Source: a virus (taxonomy: Duplodnaviria > Heunggongvirae > Uroviricota > Caudoviricetes). From it: a DNA stretch of 64,000 nucleotides. Location of the stretch: the IMG/VR virus record IMGVR_UViG_2534682349_000001. One strand, given 5' to 3'. Both the position numbers and the translations under genes were made by a program. This document shows, piece by piece, positions 1-9,444 of this stretch. Numbering within the stretch: the stretch's first letter is position 1; each line of letters begins with the position of its first letter. The notes under the pieces were generated by a model that did no database searches, was not told the DNA's origin, and saw only the letters and a list, made by a program, of their open reading frames with translations.

Positions 1-485
1 ACATAGCGAAGAATAAAGCAGGAACATGGTTTGGACAAAAAATAGAAAAAGATGGCTATAAGTTTGACTCAATTAAAGAATATAACTTTTACGAAAATTT
101 TGTTAAGCCATCTGGATTAAAGTTCGAAGTACATAAAGGATTTAAGTTGCATCCTATTATCGAACTACAAAATGGTGATTTAAGACTTAGGTCTAGTATT
201 TATACACCAGACTTTGTTCTTTACAACAAAGACGGTGGAATGAAGCATGTAATTGATATTAAATCAGGATTTACTCAATTCGCCATTGATTCTGCCGCAG
301 CATTAAGATTCAAATTATTTGCTGATAAATACAAAGTCCCTGTTGAAGTTATTGTTCCAAGAGTTCATGACTTTCGAGTGAAGATCATGGGGACTACGAA
401 GAAATTTGACCCACTTATTAGAGAAGATTTGACGTATGACACATCTGAATTAGTAAAGGAAGCTTTTTCGAATTTGAAGGATTGA
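1..485 (+). CDS. PD-(D/E)xK nuclease-fold protein, 5'-partial (frame open back to window start)
   Basis: ORF 147..485 has no in-frame stop upstream to position 3. Motifs PDFVLY ... VIDIKSG fit the PD-(D/E)xK catalytic core. It lies directly upstream of two DNA methyltransferases. Confidence 0.4.
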   Translation, partial: IAKNKAGTWFGQKIEKDGYKFDSIKEYNFYENFVKPSGLKFEVHKGFKLHPIIELQNGDLRLRSSIYTPDFVLYNKDGGMKHVIDIKSGFTQFAIDSAAALRFKLFADKYKVPVEVIVPRVHDFRVKIMGTTKKFDPLIREDLTYDTSELVKEAFSNLKD

Positions 486-492
486 GTTAATT

Positions 493-774
493 ATGGTTTA
501 CAACATTTGGAAAGATCCCGAAGAGGACATGGAAAGAACAGCGATAGATCACTACTTCGATGATTTGGTGGGCAATGGCGTTATGCGTGATTATCATGAC
601 CTTATTATTGAAGGACTTATATCACAGGAAGCTATAAAGATTCCACTTATGAAAGAGTTACAAAAATCATACGATGTGGACATGAATAATGTTGGAAATA
701 TCAATTATTTTCAACAACAATTCACGGAAAGGATGAAACAATTTGGCTTCAATCTGGGAAAAGACATTCGGTAA
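493..774 (+). CDS. hypothetical protein
   Basis: 93-aa ORF packed tightly after the upstream gene, same strand. No motif recognised. Confidence 0.4.
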   Translation: MVYNIWKDPEEDMERTAIDHYFDDLVGNGVMRDYHDLIIEGLISQEAIKIPLMKELQKSYDVDMNNVGNINYFQQQFTERMKQFGFNLGKDIR

Positions 775-1066
775 ACGAAATGCTAAGAAAAACGTTACAC
801 GAGAATTATCTGAAAAGATTATTGAATACAAAAATGCCTATGGCTACGAAACAATTACAGAAGCAGTGGTTCAAGTAGGTAATTCATACGAATTTGCTAA
901 AGATATGGATCACGCAGCTCCAATTTACGCAGTGTGGAGAAACGCCAAGGAATTAAATGTACTTGATGTGGCTGTTATAAGAGCCATTACTGAACAGGAT
1001 AAATATGAAGATGAATCTGATTCTAATGATAATAGTGACGATCATGCAAATCTGGCTTTGGCATGA
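743..1066 (+). CDS. hypothetical protein, acidic C-terminus
   Basis: 107-aa ORF overlapping the previous ORF by 32 nt. The start may be internal. Confidence 0.35.
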   Translation: MASIWEKTFGKRNAKKNVTRELSEKIIEYKNAYGYETITEAVVQVGNSYEFAKDMDHAAPIYAVWRNAKELNVLDVAVIRAITEQDKYEDESDSNDNSDDHANLALA

Positions 1067-1218
1067 GTTTAGTGATTAGGAGGAATTAACATAGCAAATA
1101 GTAATTATGCATTAATTGTTGGAGGAAATTCTTCCAATAGAGAAGAAAATGATTATTACGCAACACCACCAAGAGCAATTGATAATCTATTAAATATGGT
1201 TGAGCTTGACGAAAAGAT

Positions 1219-1665
1219 TTGGGAGCCCGCTTGTGGTGGGGACATCTTTCTTTGAGACTGAAAGAAAGAGGATATAGAGTTTATTCTTCCGACTTAATTG
1301 ATAGAGGATACGAGGGTTTTGATGAGCAATATGACTTTATTAATGGTAAACCAAAGAAATTTAATGGTGATATTGTTACTAATCCGCCGTTCAAATATGC
1401 ATCAGATTTCATTGTCAGAAGTTTAGATTCTATTAAAGATGGTCATAAGGTTTGTATGTTCTTGAAGCTACAGTTCTTAGAAGGACAGACCAGAAAGAAA
1501 GAGCTCTTTTCCCGTAGGGAGCTTAAACATATCTTCGTTTACAGTAAAAGAATTACGACTGCCAAAAATGGCGATTTTGATAAATATAAAAGTACAGCAT
1601 TGTGTAACGCTTGGTTTGTTTGGGAAAAGGGCTATAACGGCTTACCAAGCATAGATTGGATTTAG
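1219..1665 (+). CDS. DNA N6-adenine/N4-cytosine methyltransferase, C-terminal frame. The N-terminal motif I (EPACGGG) sits in another frame from about 1076, so the gene is frameshifted.
   Basis: NPPF (motif IV) is present in IVTNPPFKYA. Upstream, frame 2 (1076–1255) encodes ...YYATPPRAIDNLLNMVELDEKIWEPACGG after an AGGAGG RBS. A G4 tract at 1238–1241 separates the frames; see findings. Confidence 0.55.
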   Translation: MGARLWWGHLSLRLKERGYRVYSSDLIDRGYEGFDEQYDFINGKPKKFNGDIVTNPPFKYASDFIVRSLDSIKDGHKVCMFLKLQFLEGQTRKKELFSRRELKHIFVYSKRITTAKNGDFDKYKSTALCNAWFVWEKGYNGLPSIDWI

Positions 1666-2960
1666 TTAATAAAAGGTGGATTTTAACAGGAGGATATATG
1701 AAGTTTATTGATTTTTTCGCCGGGATTGGTGGCTTCCATTCTGGTTTAGAAAACGCCGGCCATGAAATGGTTGGTTGGGTTGAATGGGATAAGTTTGCTC
1801 GCCAATCATATGAAGCACTATACGATACAGAAGGGAAGTACACAGCTAGTGACATCAAATCAATTGAAAGCGGAAAAGAACTACCATCAGCAGACCTCTG
1901 GGCGTTCGGTAGCCCATGCACCAATATCAGTTTGGCCGGCAATCGAAAAGGACTCCAAGGAGAACAATCAAGCATGTTCTTTGAAGTTATCAGACTCCTT
2001 AAAGACAGAACTTGGGAAGAGAAACCTACCTATCTCCTCATGGAAAATGTTAAAAACCTACTTGGTTCAAACAAAGGATTTGACTTCTTCCGAGTTCTCT
2101 ATGAAATGGACGAAGCTGGGTATGATGTCGAATGGGAAGTGTTTAATTCCAGCTGGGTTATCCCTCAAAACCGCGAACGGGTATACATCATTGGACATAA
2201 GCGCGGCATAGAATATAAACCCGTCTTTCCTATCAATCGCGGTGAACTAGAGAAGAAGCGAAAGTACAACGTTCTACGTGATGTGCTTGAAACTAGTGTA
2301 GATAGCAAGTTTTACCTTTCTAAAGATAAGGTGGAACAATTACTAGTCAACGATAAAAAATCCACCTTTTTGAATACTGGTAAAGTCAAAATTTTTGGGA
2401 ACACTTCAAACACAGGATATGGCAGTGGAGACGTGTTACAGGAAGACGGAGTATCAAAGACATTAACTGCTACCGATTATAAACATCCAGTTAAAGTCGC
2501 CACCGAAGTAAAGCAAGTTGGAAATATTAGTCATTCAACTAGCTTTGGAGGGAATCCTCAAACAGGACGTGTTTACGATGAGTCTGGATTATCCCCTACA
2601 TTAAATACGATGCAGGGTGGTGGAAGAGAACCAAAAGTTTTAGTCGAACCATGTTTAACTCCTGATAGAGTTAATAAACGGCAGAATGGACGGCGTTTTA
2701 AGAACAATGATGAACCAAATTTCACGTTAACTGCGGCCGATCGTCATGGAATTTTGCTTAGTAACGGTAAAACATATGTTATTAGAAAATTGACTCCACT
2801 TGAATGTTGGAGATTGCAAGGATTCACAGATGAACAATTTAACAAAGCAAAGGAAGCTGGAGTAAGTAATAGTCAGCTTTATAAACAAGCCGGTAATGCG
2901 GTAACAGTACCAGTCGTCGAAGCAATTGGAGAGAAATTAAATGAAAAACTGGTTAAGTAA
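1656..2960 (+). CDS. DNA (cytosine-5)-methyltransferase
   Basis: Motif I FAGIGGF, PC motif GSPCTNIS, ENV motif LMENVKNL and QAGNAV near the C-terminus. 434 aa. Confidence 0.85.
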   Translation: MDLVNKRWILTGGYMKFIDFFAGIGGFHSGLENAGHEMVGWVEWDKFARQSYEALYDTEGKYTASDIKSIESGKELPSADLWAFGSPCTNISLAGNRKGLQGEQSSMFFEVIRLLKDRTWEEKPTYLLMENVKNLLGSNKGFDFFRVLYEMDEAGYDVEWEVFNSSWVIPQNRERVYIIGHKRGIEYKPVFPINRGELEKKRKYNVLRDVLETSVDSKFYLSKDKVEQLLVNDKKSTFLNTGKVKIFGNTSNTGYGSGDVLQEDGVSKTLTATDYKHPVKVATEVKQVGNISHSTSFGGNPQTGRVYDESGLSPTLNTMQGGGREPKVLVEPCLTPDRVNKRQNGRRFKNNDEPNFTLTAADRHGILLSNGKTYVIRKLTPLECWRLQGFTDEQFNKAKEAGVSNSQLYKQAGNAVTVPVVEAIGEKLNEKLVK

Positions 2961-3201
2961 GAACAAATATAAAATTATCATTTTACCTGCGGTTTTATTA
3001 GCTGGGATCTTCGTTGGTGGTTGTACTAATGGTGAAACAAAGGCAGATAGTCAGGATATTCTCGATGATGCTAGTTTTACCTCTAAAATTGTTGTAGATA
3101 AGGAAACAAGCGTTGAATACATTGTTGTTAAACGGGGCATTAATGTTTATGGTATTTCACCACGCTTAAATAGTGATGGGAAACCAATGGTTAAAGAATA
3201 A
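2941..3201 (+). CDS. putative lipoprotein
   Basis: N-terminal hydrophobic segment followed by a lipobox-like VGGC. Confidence 0.45.
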   Translation: MKNWLSKNKYKIIILPAVLLAGIFVGGCTNGETKADSQDILDDASFTSKIVVDKETSVEYIVVKRGINVYGISPRLNSDGKPMVKE

Positions 3202-3349
3202 AGGAGAATGAATTAAATGACAGGATTAAAAGCACAAATTAAGAAGTACTTACGTAGCAACGGGATTAACATGGTTACTAACGATCAAGGTCGTTCAATT
3301 CGTTTGGGTAATGCGAAAACACAAGATTTACTCAAGGTAGCAGTAAAGC

Positions 3350-3586
3350 ATGGTTTCTAAATTAAAGAAAAAGTTTTCAACCCTACCAACCTGGTTTCAA
3401 TACTATTTAATTATACTTTCTATATTTTTGGGCTTTGTACTTTTTATGTTTCTTCCAATATTTTTAGCAACCTTTTGTTTTTGTTCTGGACACTGGGTTT
3501 GGGGATTGCTAACGGTGTTCTTTGTTGCTCTTCCTTCAATAACATTTATCACTGTTTGGACAAATGAACACGATGGATGGTGGTAA
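3350..3586 (+). CDS. small membrane protein
   Basis: Two strongly hydrophobic segments. Confidence 0.4.
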   Translation: MVSKLKKKFSTLPTWFQYYLIILSIFLGFVLFMFLPIFLATFCFCSGHWVWGLLTVFFVALPSITFITVWTNEHDGWW

Positions 3587-3855
3587 CAATCGAGACATTA
3601 GTTAAAGAAAAGGAAGTTAAAAGCGCCCAGACTATAACGGCGTTGGGCTGTACTTATTGCCAGGAACCATACAAGAAAATGTGGTTATTTGACGGCTTAC
3701 TCTACTTGCAAATTGAACATGCCGATGGTCTGCATTATTTAAATGTAGTACCTAATGGTGATTCAGAAGACGTGGGGTTCTTGTATAATCTTTGCGCCAG
3801 TCAAGAAATACATTTTTGTCCTATGTGTGGAGAAAAATTTGAGGAGGAAGAATAA
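3577..3855 (+). CDS. hypothetical protein with a CxxC...CPMC zinc-ribbon-like motif
   Basis: Cys pairs CTYC and CPMCG. Confidence 0.4.
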   Translation: MVVTIETLVKEKEVKSAQTITALGCTYCQEPYKKMWLFDGLLYLQIEHADGLHYLNVVPNGDSEDVGFLYNLCASQEIHFCPMCGEKFEEEE

Positions 3856-4059
3856 ATGCACATTTACGAAGTAATGTTAAGTAAAGGATTACGTTTTGGT
3901 AGCCATATTGTGATAGCTAAGAACGAGGAAAATGCAAAAAGATTAGTTGCAGATATGCTTAATACAACACAGACCGCTATTTTCTATAAAGATAGTGACT
4001 TTGCAGTTAGCGGCCCGATTGATCCCGACAATTACTTCGAAGAGACGGTGATCGCTTAA
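3856..4059 (+). CDS. small conserved protein, paralog of the − strand gene 22845..23060
   Basis: MHIYEV...SGPIDPDNYFEETVIA resembles MHIYEVV...GSPIDPNDYAEETIIN encoded on the other strand. Confidence 0.5.
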   Translation: MHIYEVMLSKGLRFGSHIVIAKNEENAKRLVADMLNTTQTAIFYKDSDFAVSGPIDPDNYFEETVIA

Positions 4060-4319
4060 TGCTACATAAATACACAAAGATAACGGCTATTGAAGCTGAG
4101 CAGTTTGATGGTTCTGATGAAATGATGAATAAATATTGTATTACTGATGATGGCTGGGGAGAAACGTTCACTTTTCGGAAAGATAATAATTGTCTACCGC
4201 TAAAGCGTGGCTGGTGGATTATTAATCTTGGAAAGATTACCGTGTTTGATGTGACATTCACCGATTGGAGAACTATGAGTGATGAAAAATTTCGTAGAAC
4301 TTACAAGAGGTGTGATTAA
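4059..4319 (+). CDS. hypothetical protein
   Basis: 86-aa ORF joined to its neighbour by overlapping stop/start. Confidence 0.4.
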   Translation: MLHKYTKITAIEAEQFDGSDEMMNKYCITDDGWGETFTFRKDNNCLPLKRGWWIINLGKITVFDVTFTDWRTMSDEKFRRTYKRCD

Positions 4320-4549
4320 TGAGTAGTAGCAGAGCGAGAAATCATCAAGATTTAGTATGGGAAGCCCAGCATTTCAAACACTTTCATAGAAGATACGTTA
4401 AGCACTTCATGATTCGCTCATATCATTCAAAAACTCGATGGCGTCAATTAAGGAGAGAATGTCATATGAATATTTTCTCTTACCTATATCTTCACGCCAC
4501 TCGTATTAAATCAACACCTAGAGGAAAGTGGAGTGACAATAATGAATAA
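4319..4549 (+). CDS. hypothetical basic protein
   Basis: 76-aa ORF in a tightly packed same-strand run. Confidence 0.3.
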   Translation: MSSSRARNHQDLVWEAQHFKHFHRRYVKHFMIRSYHSKTRWRQLRRECHMNIFSYLYLHATRIKSTPRGKWSDNNE

Positions 4550-4748
4550 ATGGGAAATATTCATGCAAGGATTTTTCTCAGCGTTTAATTCTTATGCGTT
4601 ATTTATATCTGTATTTGGCGATTATAGAGTAAAGCTTATCACTGGAGCTGAATGGGTACTATCTGAACATCCTGGTTGGAAATTTGCTCTAGTATCACTT
4701 TTCTTGGTTGGATTAGTTTGTTCAATTTACAGTGTATGGAAAGGGTAG
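4533..4748 (+). CDS. small membrane protein
   Basis: Hydrophobic segments. Confidence 0.4.
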   Translation: MTIMNKWEIFMQGFFSAFNSYALFISVFGDYRVKLITGAEWVLSEHPGWKFALVSLFLVGLVCSIYSVWKG

Positions 4749-4920
4749 ATTTATGTACGACTTATTAGAAATTTTAGTATGGACTATTGGTGGGGTAGCT
4801 GTTTTCACATTAATAATGTTCATGGCTGCTTGTATGGCATCAGGTCATTTTGTTTTAGGGCTTGGAACCTTTGCACTTGTCCTTTTTATACTCCTTTCCA
4901 TAGCACACGAAGCTTTGTAA
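4732..4920 (+). CDS. small membrane protein
   Basis: Two transmembrane-like segments. Confidence 0.4.
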   Translation: MYGKGRFMYDLLEILVWTIGGVAVFTLIMFMAACMASGHFVLGLGTFALVLFILLSIAHEAL

Positions 4921-4941
4921 AGTCGTAGGAGGCTAATAAAT

Positions 4942-5793
4942 ATGGCAATTAAATTATTTAGCATAGGATTATTTGACGAGAAAGATGAGCTTACCAGAAT
5001 CAATATTGAAGTTTTCCCAGATCATACACCGCTTATTCATGTAGATATAGAAGGATTTGAGCTATCTACTCTCAAGCTCGAAATTAGATGGGATTATGAG
5101 AATGATTCTGAATTAATGGATCTCATTTATATTACACGTTATCTACAAGACAAAGGTGTTCCTCATATTGGTTTGACGATGCCTTACATTCCTAATGCAC
5201 GTTATGATCGGATCAATAACGCCGATGAAGTTTTTACGCTTAAATATTTTGCCGAAGTGATTAATTCCCTTCACTTTGATTATGTGGATGTTTTAGATGC
5301 ACATTCGAACGTTAGTCTTGCGTTGATTGATAGAGTACGGCAAATAGATGTTGCTCCGTTAATTCAAATGGCTATTGACGACTTTAAACCAGATGTTCTG
5401 TTTATGCCTGATGAGGGAGCACATAAACGTTACTCAAAGATGTTTACCCTTCCATCAACGTTTGGTATTAAGACACGGGATTGGAGAACGGGTGAGATCA
5501 AAGATTACTTCTTGGCTGAACAAAATTTAGTTGAAGATAGGCGTGTATTAATTATCGATGATATTTGTTCAAGAGGTGGTACTTTCTATTACGCTTCAAA
5601 ATTACTTCGTGATAATGGTGCTACTTCAACTGGTTTATATGTAACCCATTGCGAAGATAACATCGCTAATGGCAATTTACTCAATAAAGAAAAATCAGGC
5701 ATTGAACAAATTTATACAGCTAATCCACTATGGCACAGAGATATGACCACATCAGTGTATTCGCCATTAGACGAGATTAAAGTCATTAACTAG
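4942..5793 (+). CDS. ribose-phosphate pyrophosphokinase (Prs)-family protein; candidate ADPR-pyrophosphate synthetase (Adps-like) of a NARP1-type pathway
   Basis: PRPP-binding signature VLIIDDICSRGGT. About 283 aa, shorter than housekeeping Prs. Immediately upstream of a NAMPT homolog, with an AGGAGG RBS. Confidence 0.75.
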   Translation: MAIKLFSIGLFDEKDELTRINIEVFPDHTPLIHVDIEGFELSTLKLEIRWDYENDSELMDLIYITRYLQDKGVPHIGLTMPYIPNARYDRINNADEVFTLKYFAEVINSLHFDYVDVLDAHSNVSLALIDRVRQIDVAPLIQMAIDDFKPDVLFMPDEGAHKRYSKMFTLPSTFGIKTRDWRTGEIKDYFLAEQNLVEDRRVLIIDDICSRGGTFYYASKLLRDNGATSTGLYVTHCEDNIANGNLLNKEKSGIEQIYTANPLWHRDMTTSVYSPLDEIKVIN

Positions 5794-5803
5794 GAGGAAT
5801 TAA

Positions 5804-7324
5804 ATGACAAAACCGTATTTAGCAACAGATTTTTATAAAGTATCGCATGCAATGAGGCGACTAAATAAGCCAGCTCTTCACCCAGAAAGTATTGAATGTA
5901 TTTATGAAGTATTGACTCCTCGTCAAAACTCATTCTTCCCATATGACGACAAAATGGTTGTATTTGGTTATGAATTTTTTGTGGCACGTCTGTTGGGCGA
6001 ATGGCAAACAGAGTTCTTTGACAAAGATTGGGAAGATATTAAGTTAGACTTTTATGTATTTTTCGAAATGTCAGATAGCCTTGTTTATCGTTCAATGGTT
6101 GAAAAACTCAAGCAATTACATGATTTGGGACATTTACCATTAGAAATTCGGTCATTGCCTGAAGGGTCATTAGTCCCAATGAGAGTTCCTGTGTTATCAA
6201 TCAGAAATACTGATCCAGATTTCTATTGGCTTCCAGGATTCTTAGAAACGACACTACTCGCAAATACTTTTGTAACAACTGGTACTGCTAGTGTGGCACG
6301 TCAATTCCGTAAGATCGCTGAACATTATGGTGATGTTTCAGCAGACGATAAGGCTTATATTGATTTCCAATTCCACGACTTTTCACAACGAGGACAACAT
6401 GGAGATGATGCTGCCGTTCTTTCTGGTATCGGACACTTGTCTAGTTTTAAGGGGACAGATGCAGTTCCAGCCGTAGATGAATTATTAAGAGTATATGGTG
6501 GACTTACCCCAGATGAACTAATCGGTGGATCAGTTGTTGCTACAGAACATTCAATTATGGAATCACTTGGTGGTGAATTTGGAACAGATAAGGAAGGTCA
6601 ACTTAAAGCTTATGAGTCTTTAATAGATCGAAATCCAGATGGCGTCATTTCTGTTGTTTCAGACACCTACCAATATTGGGACGTTATTGATTATGTATTG
6701 CCACAACTTAAAGAAAAGATTATGGCTCGTGATGGCAAGTTAGTTATTCGTCCTGATTCTCTTGATGAGTATCGTAAGGCGACTGGTCAAACTATTAAGT
6801 CTACTGAAGATCAATTAGTAACAACACTCCAGGCGTTATATGACACTTTCGGCGGCCATATTAATTCTAAGGGATACAAAGTGCTTGACCAACATATCGG
6901 ATTAATTCACGGCGAAGGAATTACCCTAGATAATATTCGACCAATGTTTGACGCCATCTTAAATGCTGGTTTCTCTGCCGAAAATATTGTTTTCGGATTA
7001 GGAGCTTATGTTTATTCCGTTAAGGTCTCACGTGATGATTTCGGACAAGCTTTGAAAGCTACCGCTTGCGTTATTGATGGTAAAGAGAAAGTTATTTTTA
7101 AGGCACCTCATTCAAAAAAAGAAGCATTCAAGCGTTCTCCTCATGGGGCGGTATCAATCCATGGTAAATCTGGGGAATATCATATGATTGAAAATTTGAC
7201 TATGGAAGAAGCAGCTAACGATAAAGATAATCAAATGACTTTGCTGTACAGTCCCAAATACGGTAATCGTGTCACATCATTACGAGATATTCGACAGAAG
7301 ATTTTACATGAATTGTATAAGTGA
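5804..7324 (+). CDS. nicotinamide phosphoribosyltransferase (NAMPT/NadV) family protein; candidate Namat-like enzyme
   Basis: N-terminal TDFYKVSH motif typical of NAMPT. 506 aa. RBS GGAGGA. Confidence 0.8.
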   Translation: MTKPYLATDFYKVSHAMRRLNKPALHPESIECIYEVLTPRQNSFFPYDDKMVVFGYEFFVARLLGEWQTEFFDKDWEDIKLDFYVFFEMSDSLVYRSMVEKLKQLHDLGHLPLEIRSLPEGSLVPMRVPVLSIRNTDPDFYWLPGFLETTLLANTFVTTGTASVARQFRKIAEHYGDVSADDKAYIDFQFHDFSQRGQHGDDAAVLSGIGHLSSFKGTDAVPAVDELLRVYGGLTPDELIGGSVVATEHSIMESLGGEFGTDKEGQLKAYESLIDRNPDGVISVVSDTYQYWDVIDYVLPQLKEKIMARDGKLVIRPDSLDEYRKATGQTIKSTEDQLVTTLQALYDTFGGHINSKGYKVLDQHIGLIHGEGITLDNIRPMFDAILNAGFSAENIVFGLGAYVYSVKVSRDDFGQALKATACVIDGKEKVIFKAPHSKKEAFKRSPHGAVSIHGKSGEYHMIENLTMEEAANDKDNQMTLLYSPKYGNRVTSLRDIRQKILHELYK

Positions 7325-7337
7325 GGTTAATAAAATA

Positions 7338-7505
7338 ATGATTTTATCGTTCTTAATAACAGTAGGATTCTTTCTATTTACAGTTTTTCTAGCGTGCGCC
7401 ATGTGTTCAGATATTCCATGGCTAGAAATTCCAGCGGGAATTTTTATATTAGTGATGATGTTTGGGACACTGTGGTGGGCTGTTTACACGAGCTTCATAC
7501 AATAA
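7338..7505 (+). CDS. small membrane protein
   Basis: ORF track start 7269 overlaps NAMPT. An internal ATG at 7338 with a GAGG RBS gives MILSFLITVGFF... (hydrophobic). Confidence 0.4.
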   Translation: MILSFLITVGFFLFTVFLACAMCSDIPWLEIPAGIFILVMMFGTLWWAVYTSFIQ

Positions 7506-7520
7506 CGAAAGGTTGATTTA

Positions 7521-7910
7521 ATGGCAGAGAACAAAATTAATAAATTACGAAAGAAATTAAAGAAAATAATTAAAAAGTTTAATGAAAGTCAATGTAAGTA
7601 TGTAGCCGTTGGTAAACACGTAGACAATACAGATATTGTAATGATTATTGATTCTTATGGCGCTGATTCATTACGGCATATTCTTACTATTCGTCATAGT
7701 AATATTTATGCTGAAAAAGATGGTTTTACTATTAGTCCTACATTATTAGAATTTGTAGTTAAGGTTCAAGAAACATTACGAGAAATTAATGAATTAGAAA
7801 AGAAGGGTGAAAAGGTATCTTTAACCCATCCTGATATTCCCAAAATAAATAATCCATTTGATATTAATGACTCAATTACAAAATCAGCTCCAATTAAATG
7901 CGAATTGTAG
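7521..7910 (+). CDS. hypothetical protein
   Basis: 129-aa ORF. Confidence 0.4.
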   Translation: MAENKINKLRKKLKKIIKKFNESQCKYVAVGKHVDNTDIVMIIDSYGADSLRHILTIRHSNIYAEKDGFTISPTLLEFVVKVQETLREINELEKKGEKVSLTHPDIPKINNPFDINDSITKSAPIKCEL

Positions 7911-7923
7911 AGGCAATAAACAC

Positions 7924-8229
7924 ATGACTGAACTGAATTATAAAGAAAAAATAGAAATGCTTCGAGATAAACTAAGTGATTCGTTAAAGAACTATAACCG
8001 AATTCAAGATAACTATGTTGCTGTTGCGTCACGTTATGGCGGTGAAGATACTGTACATATTCTAAAGCCATATCAGATTGACAAGGCTGAACACGTATTA
8101 ACTGTTACTCACTTTGGTATCTATTTTGAATCTACAAGACGGATCTTTGTAGATGCTGCACTACTTTTAGTTATGGATAAGACCCGTGTAATGTTAAAAG
8201 AAATTGAAGAAGCAAAACCAAACCTATAA
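7924..8229 (+). CDS. hypothetical protein
   Basis: ATG at 7924 after an AGAGG RBS (MTELNYKEK...). It resembles the preceding ORF (VAVG/VAVAS ... HI..I.H), possibly a tandem paralog. Confidence 0.4.
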   Translation: MTELNYKEKIEMLRDKLSDSLKNYNRIQDNYVAVASRYGGEDTVHILKPYQIDKAEHVLTVTHFGIYFESTRRIFVDAALLLVMDKTRVMLKEIEEAKPNL

Positions 8230-8250
8230 TTACTAGGAGGAAACACATAA

Positions 8251-9444
8251 ATGGTAGCAACTAAAGGATTCAAGTACCCTGACCGTGAATTGTACGATTG
8301 GGTATTAAATGAACTACATAAACGAAATATTAATAATGAAACAATTGGCGAGATTGCATATGACATGCAACATCAATATTTACCACATTTAACCGTAGAA
8401 GATTTTGGAGCTCAATTGGACGAAGTGCTAAAGAAGCGAGAAGTGTTAAATATTCTTGCGACAGGGTTTGCTTTAGACAATTTGGCAAATGAAGGATTGT
8501 TGCCAGAACCTCTTCAAACCATTATCGCCAACGATTCTGGGGTTTTTGGAGTGGATGAGGGCCTTAGTTTAAGCCTTTCACAGCTTTATGGTTCTATCGC
8601 AGTTACTAATTATGGCTACGAGGACAAAGATAAGCCTGGTATTGCTGCTCAGCTTGATAATAGTAACGGTCAAGTTAATACATTCGCAGATGATTTAGCT
8701 TTAGCTCTTGCGTCAGCAGTAATTGGACGATGTGGTCATGGCTCTAAGCTAGAACTTGATGACAATACCGTAGAAGAAACTGTTGATGACGAATTTAGTG
8801 AGCTTAAATTTGTGGTAAATGGTAAAGAAGTTGAACCCCAAGTCGATTTAGTATATTTTGCAAAGCCTATTAAGAGTGATCGCAAATTACCTACTCGGAA
8901 TCTAAATAAGTTTGCACACGATTTAAATAAAGCAATTAACGATTCACGTGAACTTGCGGATAGATTAGAAGAAGAATTTAATCATGATTACTATGTTAAC
9001 TTGGAAGTAGGCATGAACGACGAATCTACTTGGCAACTAGTAATCGAATTACTTGATAACAAAATGGAATTAGTCGATGTAGTTCTTATCGATTTAGAAC
9101 ACATCCTTGACTATCTTGAAGTTAATTCGCCTAGTGAGTTTGTTGACGCGGCACAAATGATTGCTCAATTCGTATTTGAACACGATCTTTATCCATATCC
9201 AGAGGACAGTAATGATTTAGAAGAATCAAATGACGAAGATACCTCTAGTAGTATCGAAAATAGTATCCAGCATATCGCTCAAGAATTAGAAAGCATTGTA
9301 AAACAAGCTACTGGAGACCAAGATTCTTCTCCCAGGAACAATCCACTAGATAAACTACTGCAAATTATGCTACTTGCAGGCGATGTTTGGGGTAATCAAG
9401 AAAATTTGAGCAGTAATAATCGAAAGGATGATGCTAATGAATAA
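8251..9444 (+). CDS. hypothetical acidic protein (397 aa)
   Basis: Long ORF with an AGGAGG RBS. No motif confidently recognised. Confidence 0.45.
   Translation: MVATKGFKYPDRELYDWVLNELHKRNINNETIGEIAYDMQHQYLPHLTVEDFGAQLDEVLKKREVLNILATGFALDNLANEGLLPEPLQTIIANDSGVFGVDEGLSLSLSQLYGSIAVTNYGYEDKDKPGIAAQLDNSNGQVNTFADDLALALASAVIGRCGHGSKLELDDNTVEETVDDEFSELKFVVNGKEVEPQVDLVYFAKPIKSDRKLPTRNLNKFAHDLNKAINDSRELADRLEEEFNHDYYVNLEVGMNDESTWQLVIELLDNKMELVDVVLIDLEHILDYLEVNSPSEFVDAAQMIAQFVFEHDLYPYPEDSNDLEESNDEDTSSSIENSIQHIAQELESIVKQATGDQDSSPRNNPLDKLLQIMLLAGDVWGNQENLSSNNRKDDANE

Noticed and set aside
1553-1975. 140-aa ORF on the − strand overlapping both methyltransferase genes (also 1762..2211 on the + strand in an alternative frame).
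   Set aside because: Fully embedded in well-supported MTase coding sequence on the other strand or frame, with no RBS. Treated as a spurious ORF.
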